Below are positions 10,758 through 21,682 of a stretch of 64,000 nt of DNA, piece by piece. The translations under genes were made by a program, and so were the position numbers. Under the pieces are notes generated by a model. It was not told where the DNA came from. It did no database searches and saw only the letters and a list, made by a program, of their open reading frames with translations. The stretch is from NCBI RefSeq assembly GCF_000372725.1, contig NW_005201192.1:496001-560000 (forward strand), given 5' to 3'. How positions within the stretch are numbered: position 1 is the stretch's first letter; each line of letters starts with the position of its first letter. The stretch is from Emiliania huxleyi CCMP1516. Taxonomy: Eukaryota.

Positions 10758-13663
10758 CGGCATGCGCTACATCCTACTCGCGACCACAAACCACATGCCA
10801 CCTCGAGGATGCCACCTGCCACCCATGACGCATGAACGGTTAGCCAGATCGCGCCGCGATGGCCGACTACACGGTGTCGGTGAGCCATTCGGACCTTGCA
10901 GTAAACCTTTTCCTTCTAAGCAGGGCTACACGATGACCCTATAGTGTGGGGGTGTTCCTGGCGAGTTGTGATGAGTACGGGGTGTGGACCCTGAGTTGAC
11001 CAGGGGTTGTGCGCCGGGCCCTCCTGCTCGGCTCCAGCCAGTAGACAAGTCTTGTCACTAACAGAGTTGAAGGAGCTGACCTCGGGGCCGATGTGACCAA
11101 GCGCTGGTAGCGTGGTTTTACCTCACACCCATGGTCTCACAGTGTGCCGGCAGTCGCCGAGCAGTGTCGCTCACACAAGCCGCAGCACAAGTGACTGAGG
11201 GCCAGTGAGGGCGAGCCCATCGCTGTCACAGCTGTGGTAGCCGCACAGTAGACTGTGTCAACTGTGCAGAGCGTGTGAGCAGCCGAGGAGCTGCTCTCCA
11301 GGCTTCTGACGCAAAGAGCTGCATGCCATCGAAGGCGCTGTCGAGGTTCGCCGAGCGCGGCGCAGGTTGGAGGACACCGTCACCGACGAGCGCGTTGGAC
11401 TTTTCACTCCGGACAAAGACGGGCACACAGCGGACGGTGCGGGGCGTGTGCCCGTCATAGCGGCGAGGCGCGGGACCGTCTGTGGCGAAGTGGGTCGCGT
11501 CCTCCGATTTCCTCAACTCACGGTCCGCTCCCTCTAGGATTAGACTAGCCAATACTATTTTGAAGTTCATATATGAAAATACCAACTTGCCTATGTGCAC
11601 GTCTCCGCGGCGGCGGCCCGGCGGCGGCCCGGCGGAGCGGGTCAGAGCAGCACTGCGCCGGCCGGCGAGCGACTCTCGACTATAGTATACGGGCTCTATT
11701 GAATGGCCTCAAGGTGCTCTCTAGGGCTGCCCTATTCCGCTCGCCCGGCTACGTCGCCGGGCTTCGAAGGAAAAGGTGTTTCGCTCGGCACGGCGCCGCG
11801 GAGAGCAAACTTCGGCGTTCGTCCATTGTGGAAGCTGGACGCACGTCGGCAAGTGGGCCGCATGACCAGGCGGGCTGCTGCTCAGAATCTGGGCCCTCGG
11901 CGCTCGCTCTCGCGCTCTTCATAACGGCTTTGCCCCCTCCCTCCCGCGCCGACGTTGGGCAGCCCGACCACGACAACGCCAGTGCCACCAGCCTGCAACT
12001 CGAGGCGCCGTTGAATGAGCACGAGAGCCGGTGCGCGACGGCGGCGCGGGTGATGCAGCCCAAGGTGACGACGACGACGGAGGGGGCGGCGGCGGAGGGG
12101 GCGGCGGCGGCGGCGGCGATGGCCGCGGGGCCGGCCCGCCCGCCTTTGCTGCTGGGCTGTGGGCATCATCACAGCTCAACGTGAAGTCCAAGGCGCGGAA
12201 GCTTCGGTGGGCACTTTTCGCGTCCTTTGCCACGCATATGGCGCCGCGGACCGGTCTACCGGACCCGCCCCTGATCGTGTTCTCTTCTTCGACTCGACCT
12301 TCCGCGACCTTCCTCGACTCGACCTGATGCTGAGTTCCCGCACCAGCCTGCGACCAGCGCAGCTCAGTGGCAGTGTGCGACCAGGGCGAGTGGTAGACAG
12401 TGGACATGCGTGAGGCTGCTCTCTGAGCGATGACACTAGCAGGGGCATCGTGAGTGCCATCGGAGTCACTTGTATTACGACGCCGCCACGCTCGCAAGGG
12501 CCGCCTAAGCGCCTAAGCACCCTAAGCACCCCCCGCTTAGGCCGCTTAGGCGCTTAGGCGAGTGACGGCCGGCTGCCCGTGGCCTGGCGTGCCTCCGCCG
12601 TGGGGAGTGGGGTGAGCGCCTGGGAGAGCCACTCTGCAAGTGGTGTGCGAGCGTGTCCTTTAAGTAAATAAATAAAACGGTCAAACTCTGAGACGAGATG
12701 GGATTTAGGGACATGTGTCCCCGCCCTGCACGATCTTGGTGGGTGAGGGATCTTCAATCCGTCCCCTACCCTGGTCACTACCCGACACTAGAAGAGCGGC
12801 AAGAGATCTCTGGGGGGGCGCGGGGGCCCCAGAGGGTGTCCATGCGGGGGGGAGATGGGGTCCCTTGGCCCGCCGCAGGCGCCGATTTTTTCATTTTTTC
12901 TTTTTTGAGGCTTGTTTCATGGGAATTCCGGTATACTTGCGGCCATGCTATCACGCCTTGCGACAGCCTGCCGGCGCTGCTGACCGTGCCATGCTGCACA
13001 ATTGATCACCTGCATAGCTCGCGGCCTAAGTATCCAGCATTAAGTGACGACCTGATCGTACGGCCAGTAGGAGGTGTCCTTCCACGTGTGCACGCTTCTG
13101 GCGCAATGCGCGTCGCCTCGGATTGGCTGCTGGCACTCTCGAGGCTATGCCTACACAGCCTCGCGCGCATGGGCAGTCAAGAGGGACCACGAACCTTCTC
13201 AGGACAGCGCCGGTGCCTCTCTCTTGGACCGGCAAACTTGGTGTTCTCGTGTCACCAATGTGGGACCAGTGCGGCATCGCGCCATCGACAGCTCTGAACT
13301 GCGCCTCACCACTGACCGGGAAGGCCGCCAAGGGGCCAGCACAGGTCGCACATTGAGGCAGCAGTCAGCATTGCATGTCTGATAGCTAGAGCAGCAGCGT
13401 CAGGGTCGCAGGGTCGGATCGTGTCAAGCCTCTCGCCCGGCCGGCCGCGTGCAGACGTCGGCCTGTCTGCTGACTGGAGTGATCCTGTCGGCGGTCAGTA
13501 CGACCGATCAGGTTGGAGGTTTCTGATGGTTGGAGGGTCTATCTGTATGTACTCCTCGAGATCTCTCCAAATCTGCCCTCTGATCAACCGATCATTCGGG
13601 AAGTCGGTGCTAGTGGAGACTAGTGGAGCTGGAGCCCCGTCCTTTCCGCACTGCTGCGAGTCC

Positions 13664-13892
13664 TAGTGTGGACGGTTTTTTTGCGGTATCTTGATGTATC
13701 TCTCCAATATCTCCTCGCATCTCCCCGTATCTGCCCGTGTCTGCCCGTATCCGCCCGTATCTCGATTCTCGTATCTCCTGGTGTCTCCCGGTATCTCCCG
13801 GTATCTCCCGGTATCCCGCCATATCCCGCCATATCCCGCCATATCCCGCCATATCCCGCCGCGGATACCGCGAAAAAAATCGTCCACACCAG
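13664..13892. mobile_element. MITE-like element with ~27-bp terminal inverted repeats and an internal (TATCCCGCCA)-type array
   Basis: CTAGTGTGGACGGTTTTTTTGCGGTATC at left versus GATACCGCGAAAAAAATCGTCCACACCAG at right. Confidence 0.7.
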
Positions 13893-14304
13893 GGATGCTG
13901 CGCGGCGCACGGTGCCTCCGGGGGCCCCCACGCCCCCCCAGAGCAAGAGTTGGGGCTGCGGCTACGGCTGCGGCTGCGAGAGGGGCTGCGAGGGGAGGGG
14001 CTGTGGTCGCGGGAGAGCCGCTGTGTAGCCTTTAAATAAATAAAACGGACACCTCTACTGTGAGATGGGTAAAAAAGAAACAGGTCCCCGCCCTTGCGAT
14101 GTTTGTGCAGGGTTCTTTGTGGGTGTGGTCGGCGACTAGCCGGGGTCCGTCCTCCCGATGGGGGACTAGCACTTTAGCGTGCAGTCGGCCGATGTTTTCT
14201 TGAGTCTACACGAGCTATCCCATCTCGTCTCAGAGTTTGACTGTCTTCGGGTGCACAACTTGCACTGAATCCGATGTGCTCCATATACACGAAAACACAG
14301 GCCA

Positions 14305-14820
14305 TCACACGTGTCTTGCTCCACTCCGCTCAAGTCGGTGCACGCGTTCTCGCAGTTTGACAAGGCCAGCACGCAACGCTGGGTCGTGGCTGGCATGCAT
14401 TCGCAGCCTACCTACCTGCGCCTCCCGCGCAATGCTCGCCGCGCACTCGAGGCCGCGCGCTCGATCGGCCAGAGCGCTGGGATGGAAGCCGACCTCGTCC
14501 GACGTGCGGCGTGGGTGCCACGTCCTCTCCAGCTCCTCCCACTCCGTCAGCCTCGAATGCTTTGGCGCCGTAATCGGCACCTCCGGAATGGTATGAAACC
14601 CGATCGTCCCCGCGCTCGTCTCCGGAAGCTGGGAGAGGATGAGTGCTGCGGCTGTCTTGGGCTCCTGGCGAGGTTGGGGCGCCGGCCGAGCCTCACGCGT
14701 CTTTGCCTGCCGCCGCATTTCAGCGAAGCGTCGGTCGTACGTGTCTTGGTTGGACGTGACAAAGTCTGCCAGCTCTTGCCTGACTCGCTGCAGGTCCGCC
14801 ACGGCCTGGTGGCCCCTCAT
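14305..14820 (-). CDS. Hypothetical protein (possibly TE-derived)
   Basis: Intronless ORF MRGHQAVADLQRVRQELADF... with normal amino-acid composition; no motif recognised. Confidence 0.3.
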   Translation of the reverse strand: MRGHQAVADLQRVRQELADFVTSNQDTYDRRFAEMRRQAKTREARPAPQPRQEPKTAAALILSQLPETSAGTIGFHTIPEVPITAPKHSRLTEWEELERTWHPRRTSDEVGFHPSALADRARGLECAASIAREAQVGRLRMHASHDPALRAGLVKLRERVHRLERSGARHV

Positions 14821-15074
14821 GGTCGGTGACTGAAACGTTTGGAACCCAAGAAAAACACTCGAATTTTCTTTCTTTCTGCACCGCTTCATTTCATTCTGTT
14901 TGCACCGCCGCTTCGGGGTAAGACCTTGGGTCGACCCACCTCATCACTGCTCGGTTCATATACAAACATCGACAATCTAGGTCTTCCTTGAAGTATGTGA
15001 AGAGGGGGGGTTGGCTCTCGAGGGTTAGCAGGGTTTGTGGTCTGTTCAGAGCAGTCGTTATACGACCGCTTTGG

Positions 15075-17200
15075 GACACATCCATCGGATCCTCCCCGGG
15101 CTTCATCGCCATCATAGCAATCCAATCATTCCACACTTTGGGATACTGCTCCTCCCGCACAATCTCCTGCAGCAGCCTCCAGTACTCCCGCTGCACTCCC
15201 CTCGGCGAGAGTCGGATCAGGTACCCATCTAGTTTGTCGCTGCCTATGGCCTTTCCTTTTTTGAATTTCCTGATTGCCGCCTCGCACGCCGACCACGTCA
15301 ACACGTCATCCGCAAGCCGTCCTGTCCCCCCCACCCCCGGGGGCTGGGCCTCCGCCCTGGCTGGTTTTGTCATTGCTAGGAGCGCCTCGACCGCCGCCAT
15401 GTCCGCCTCCCTCCGCGCGTTGATCTCCTTCCCTCTCCTCGCCGCGGCGTCGCGGACTTCGTCCCCTCGCACCACGTGTCTTTGCCAGACCTGCTCTCCC
15501 GTCGTCTGGCAGGTTACCCACTCGCCTCCCTCATACATCGCAACCAGCTCCCCCCCGCCCGCTCTTCTGCCCATCTCCTTGTTCAGAATCTCGAAGACTC
15601 TCCTGGCATTGTTGCCGCTATTCTCTGTCGCAACCTCCTGCATCACCTCTGTGAGTTTCTCCCCCCCCGTCCGCGGGCACAGGAGGAACTCCTGTTCAGC
15701 GTCGCGTCGTTCGCGCTCACAGACCGCCAATGCCCTCGCGCGCCTTTCTCTATTCGCCAGCTGCGGCTGAGCCTCGAGGGCCTTCCAGAGCTGCGCCAGG
15801 TTTGGCTCCCTCCAAAAGCCCTCTCCCTCCCATTCCCTCCTATATCCGTCGCTCATCGTGCCGCTCCATTTCTTGACCTCGTGCCGTATCCTGAACCACT
15901 TCGCCACTTTCCATCGCAGCCTCTCTCTCTTGGACTTAGGTGGCGGCCCTCGGCCACCCGCCCCCTCGCTTGCCTCCCCGCCTCCCGCGGGCCGCTCCTC
16001 TCCGCCCGCTTCGTCATCGCCCTTTGCCCTCCTGGTCGCGACCACCGCCCTAGCGTGTCGCGTGAGCACCCTCGTCAGCCTCTCGAGCCGTTCTGAGGCG
16101 CTCAGCTCCTTCTCCGCATCGGCCTCCACCTCGTCATCGAACACCTCCTGTACCGTCTTTGTGAATCTCTCCTCCACCTCCCGATCCATGAATGTGCTCA
16201 CCCCCCGCTCCCGAAACTCGCGAGGCCCTCCCACACCACCTACTCCTCCAAAGAATTCCACCGCCACCGCCCTGTGGTCGTCACCGCACACCCCCGGCAT
16301 TGTGCTCGTGCGCCCCATACATGACGCGAGCCCAGATGTGACCACCCAGTTGTCAATCTGCGTCCCTGCTCGGTAGGTGGCTTCGTCCGCCATGGTCAGC
16401 AGCTCTCGGCCTCCATCCCCCAGCATCTGCTGGAACAGCCTGTCCGCCAGGGTCGCCCTCTGTGCGCCCCTTTCCCTCAGCGCCTCCTCCGTCTCTGCGT
16501 TGAAGTCCCCCCCGATCATGTACTCTCCCCTCGTGGCATCGAGCGCCTCGGTTAGCTTCTCCCACGTCGGTCTCACCACCTCCGCCTTCCTCTGTCTCAC
16601 CGGCATGTAGACCCCAAACTGCGTCCACTTCCTGCAGCTGGCCACTTCCTCTACCCCGACGCTCACTATTCTCCCCTCCTCAACTTCGGTCGCCACCGCT
16701 CTCCCTTCAGTGTCCCTATTCTCTACTCGGATGTGAGTGGGGTCCCACACGACCAGGACCCCCGTATGCATCTCCCCCGATATGTGGTCGCACCAACCTG
16801 GCGTGCCGCACCCGTCCAACCCTCTGGTCTGCAGCAACGCTATCGCCTCTTCCAGCTCTCGCCTAGTCTGTTTGGTGTCTGCGAGGGTGGCGATGGTCAC
16901 ACACCCCTGCTTGATGATCCCTATCACATCTTCTAGCTTCGCTGTCGTGTCATTCCCTGTATCTCTCACCCGACTCGCGCCCCCTGTCCCCCCTCTCAGC
17001 TCCTCGATCTCCTCCATCGTCTCGCCCCGCCTTTCCAGGTGCAGCCCGCACACGTTGAGCGTGAGGCAACACGCAGGACGTTCTTTTTGCTCGCTTCTCC
17101 TTCCCCTCGCTTTTGTCGCTCCCCTAACCCCCCCGCGCGCTCCGCCTCGGCCCGCCCCGCGCCCGTTGCCGTGCAGCGCACGCATGAGCGCATTCCACTC
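15075..17200 (-). pseudogene. LINE ORF2 remnant: intact APE endonuclease, RT core missing
   Basis: Endonuclease motifs are present; no YADD-type RT catalytic region before the ORF runs into unrelated sequence. Confidence 0.8.
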
Positions 17201-18036
17201 CTGTATTGACATTTGCCACACGTAGTCTGCCGGAACTCCTAAGTGCTCGAGGTCGGGGTCTGTGAGCGGTTCCTCCCCCCGGCGCACTCTCTCCTCATCC
17301 AGCCTGTGCAGCTGCCCCCTAGCATCCCTGCACCTTCTGTTACGCCTCCGCTCCCACGACTGCAGCCTTCCCCTGCCCTTGCTCTTCCTGCTCCCGCCTC
17401 CCCCTGCTGGCTCCCGTTCGGCCGGCGGTGTCTCCGCCCGTGCCTCTCCCCTCCCTTTGTCGGTGTCCAGGTCTGTGCTGGCCCCCGCGCTCTGTCGTCC
17501 CTCCCTGTATGCTGGCACGCCATAGAAGGCCAAGTGTGGGTCCATCTCCCTTGTCCTTTGCTCTCGTCGCCATTTCCGCACGCGCCGCTTCCGGGCCTGA
17601 ATCGGTAGGAGCCGCAGCGCAGCCTGCGTCAGCGCCTTGCGTTCTGTCGCCCTCCAACCCTGTCGCCTCCGCCTGTTCATCCTGCGTGGCCGGCGCCTCT
17701 CCCTTGCTTTACGGGTTTCATACTGGCTGGGTGTGAGTTCGTATGCTCCCCACGTGGGCCAGGGCGGGTACCATGACGGGTCGAACTGGGGTACGCTGAT
17801 CTTTACAGGCGACGGCCCCGTTTTCTCCCCTGCTGCACCCCCCCCCTCACCCGCGGCCTCGCGCTCGCGCCCCCCGCATGACCACCAGCGCCACCACACA
17901 GTCAGGCGTCGGGCCCTCTCATGCACTTCGCGCCCTCTCGCAGCCATCCACTGTCTGACTCCTCTCCACCATGCCCCCACCAGCGCGAGCGCTATTGCGG
18001 CACACGCGGGCAACCCGCAGCCTCCCCACCCGCCGC

Positions 18037-21000
18037 TCACCGCCTCTTCTTGCCACTGCGGCCGCCGTCCGGGCCTCCCGCCCGCTTCCCGCCCGCCATA
18101 TACGAGACCGACTCCGACTCCGACATGTTCGAGTCCGATTCCGAGCTGTTCCCCTCGCGCGCGGCGCGCCGGGAGATCGGCACCCCCATACTGAGCCTGT
18201 GCCGCCGCAGCTCCTCGGCCGCCGTCTCGTAGGCGGCCTGGAGCTCCCCCTCCTTCCGGATCGCCTCCGTCTCCGCCGTCATCGCGCCCTTCCACGCCGC
18301 AAACGCCTCGGCCCGCTCCGTTTCGCCCTCCGCGGCGTTCTTCTTCTTGAATAGCTCGCGCCGCCGCCTCCCCTCCATGTCCACAATCTTCTGCGCGTCG
18401 CGCATCGCGCGGCCGAGGTCCTCCCGCGCCTCCCTCAGCGCCGCCTCGCGCTGCTCCGACTCCTTCCGCGCCGCCTCGCGCTCCGCCGGCGTCGGGCCAG
18501 GCGGGGGGCCCGGCGGGGTCCGCTTCGGCCCTCCCGTCTGTGCGCCCGACGTCGGCCCGCCCCGCCCCGGCGCCGCCCGACCCGCTCCCCCCTTCTCTCC
18601 TCCCTTCCCGCTCCCCTTCCCGCGCCCGCGCCCAGCTCCGCGTCGGTCCGCCATCTCGAGCGCACTCCTGCGTACCATGATCTCGCGGAACATCGGGTCC
18701 GGCTTGCCGCTGTCGATCGCGGCGGCGACCGAGCCGTACCTCTCCTTGTACTCGGTCGCGCACTTTTCGGCGTGCTCCGTGGTCCTGCGTCCCGGGGGGC
18801 ATTGTCGTGTCTGTGCTATCCTCCCCGTCTCTCTCACTCTCTTTCTCCCCGCACCGCCGCCAATCGCGCAGGTCAGACGAGCGGTAGTCGAGGCGCAGCG
18901 GCTTTGAGGCCTTTGTCGCCCCCTCCTTGCGCATAAAGATTGGCACCGCCATCTTGCCAGGCAGCGCCTCGAATGGTCGCTGCGACTTGATCTCAAAGAG
19001 TAGCTTGTTCGGCTGGGCCACGCCCGGTGAGAAACCGAGCCGGACCGAGACCTCGTTCTCATCAAAGTAAACCTTTTGGCCGCTGTGCTGCACGTTGGCT
19101 CGCAGCTGGTAAATCTGAAACGCCTGGGTCATCTGCTTCTGCACGCTGGCGACAGCCTCTGCGTAAACCTCGTCCGAGCCATACCTCTCCGCCGGCATCA
19201 GCAGCGCCGAGGGGCAGAGCAGCGTAGCCCGCACATCCACCTTCCACTGGTCGAGCGGCGCGAGCGACCAGCCCGCCTTCTTCCACATCATCGTCTCGGG
19301 CAGGCACTCCTCCTTACACACGACCATGTGAAGATCGTGGCGGAACTGGCCCGCCCGCGACTCCTGCACCACCCCCTTGACCGTCGCGGCGCAGCCCGTG
19401 AAGTCTGGGAACGGGTTCGCGCCCCACCCCGCCGCCGGCTTGCCGAGCTCCGCTCCTGCCAGCAGCGCCGCCACCTCGTATTTCAGGAGCACGCGAGTCA
19501 TCCCAAACTCTCCATCCGGGTGGCCGAAGACGTTGTTGATCACTCCCTCATCCACGGTGATCGTGCCAAACTTGAGCAGCCAGTCTGCCATCTCGTGGAT
19601 CCCCTCGGCACCCCCGTCGCCAAATCCGCGCCGCTCGAGGAGTCCCACGTAGAGCCCTCGCAGCGCCTTGTGCGTGTTCCGCAGCCGGTCCTCAGCCGAT
19701 CCCTTGATGCCAGGCCCCCCCTCGGTGAAGAGCACCAGCTCCAGCGCGTCGCTCTGCGCCTCCCGCATCCGATCGGTAAACTCCGCCGGCATGTTCTGGA
19801 AGGGGTCGGCTTCGTAGTCCGCGTAGTCCAGCAGGGCGTCTGCCCTGCCGCCGCCATCGGCCGACGCGCCGCCCCCCACGGGCGTGCCCTCACCCGGCTG
19901 GGCGTCTTGCATCTCCTCGTCCAGCTGCGCGTCATCCGACATCGGCATCCGCCGCCCGGGCGATGGCATCGGCGGGGCGGCCTGACCACCGCCAACGGCA
20001 GAGTCTCCCTCCTCCAGGGCGGCTCCCGCCTCCAGGGCGGCTCCCGCCTCCAGGGCGGCTCCCGCCTCCTCGTCCCGCATGATGGGCTCGAGTGCCTCCG
20101 CCAGCGCGACGTCGCAGTCAAACCCTGGCTTCTGCCAGCGTTGCGTCCAGTCTGTTCCCCAGTCATTGAGGTTGAGGGTGATGGAAAGGGCGTCAGCCCC
20201 CATCGCGCGGGCGAGCAGCAATGACGCCGTCGTCTGACCTTGGTCCCGGCCCCGAATCTTCTCGAACTTGGCGTTGGAGAGCCCCGCGAGCGCGCAGGCG
20301 TCGGCCACCGCCGGCGAGTAGCCCATCTTGTACCACTCCTCCGCAATCTCCCGTCTCTTGGGCTCGCCCTCGAGATGCGCAAAAGGGTCGCTCTCCGCCC
20401 CGGCTAGCGTCGCCTTGGCTTGCTCCGCTGCTTGCAGCAAAAGGGATCGGTGCTCCATCCAGAGCTCCGCCCCGTCGCGCCCATCATAGTACCTGTCCCA
20501 GCGCTCCACGTACTCGGTCACATCTGGGGCCTCGGGCGCCCAGACATAGATGAGGTCGGCTTCACCAAACATCTTTTTCCCCCACTCCCTGCTCGCGGCG
20601 TCGGCTAGGGCGGCGGGCGGGAATGTCGGGTTGAAGCATCGGGCTTCTGAATCCATGGACTCAGCAAAGGCAGCGATGTCGATGCACCGCACCCTCGCCC
20701 AGTCAGAGACCTCGGGGCGGTGCCCCTGCTCGAGCCAGCCGACGCAGTAGCTCTCGAAGTCTTCGGTACTCACATGGCCAAGCTCTGGCATGCTCTTCAT
20801 CGCCTCCAGCTCTTCTTGGGTTCGAAGTGGCAGGCCTGCGAAACTGACACCCACCTGCATCGGGCAACACACAGGCACACCCGTACATAGGTCACCACTC
20901 GCCCATGTGAGTACATCTCTCGCTTCCTCTCGTGGCGGCTGCGTGCCAGTGCCCTTTTCTGGTGCGAGTGGCTGCCAGATCGAACCCGGGGGGAGGGGGG

Positions 21001-21176
21001 GGCCAGCGGGGGCCCAGCGCGGGCCCAGCGAGGGCCCAGCGAGGGACCAGCGAGGGACCAGCGAGGGACCAGCGAGGGACCAGCGAGGGACCAGCGAGGG
21101 ACCAGCGAGGGCACAGCGCAGCTCGATCTCTCGTATCGGCTCGCACTTTTGGGTGCAGCCCATCCTCATCCTCCAT
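18037..21176 (-). CDS. LINE ORF1, predicted spliced join(21147-21176, 18855-20854, 18037-18784), 925 aa
   Basis: GT-AG introns 20855-21146 and 18785-18854 join MEDEDGLHPK|VGVSF... and ...DWR|RTTEHAEK... in frame, ending in a Gly-rich and coiled-coil C-terminus. Confidence 0.62.
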
Positions 21177-21682
21177 CGTGCTCGACACCGCCTGAGGCGA
21201 AGGCCCAGACACAAGTCGGGCAAGCAGGCCCCATGTGTGCGTGGTTCTGTGCTACTCAAGTTCAACCCCGTGCAGCCCGGTCGTGCGAGCATCTGAACTC
21301 CACGCGCCGCTAGCACGGGGTGTACTACAGCTACTCGGCCGCCGGCGGCGGCAGCGGCCACGAAGGTGGCGGCGACAAGGACCATCTAGGGCAGCGACAT
21401 GCGCCTTTTCGGCCAAATTGTGTCCAAACTCAAACGGCGCCGCCGAGTTTTCCAGGTTTACAGCAAAAGAATTTATAGAAAAGGAACCGCGGAGCTGCTC
21501 GAAGAACCGTGTGTTTACTTTATGGCCCTTTCCTCGCGAACGCGCACCCCCCAGGGCTAGGGCTCTCTTGCCCGCAACCCGTCCCCGAGCATCCGGCCCG
21601 CTGGGTGCGCTTCTCAGCTCCCCGGCCTCGATCCCCGGCCCTGAATGTGAGGTTAATGACTGCATTCCAAGTGCTCCAACCA

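Larger units (their letters stand above)
15075..21300 (-). mobile_element. Non-LTR retrotransposon (APE-type LINE), 3'-truncated within the RT N-terminus
   Basis: APE motifs LTLNVCGL, LADTK, GVLVVW, FGVYMP, IGGDFN, TY, QIDNW, DDHRAV (16260-17075); RT lead-in KAIGSDKLDG...W...MKPGEDP, then homology breaks off near 15075. 5' boundary approximate. Confidence 0.88.

Noticed and set aside
14891..21385. Single 2164-aa protein as given by the ORF track
   Set aside because: The N-terminal ~175 aa run through a tandem repeat and probable UTR/intron, and the last ~60 aa lie past the truncation; better explained as spliced ORF1 plus ORF2.
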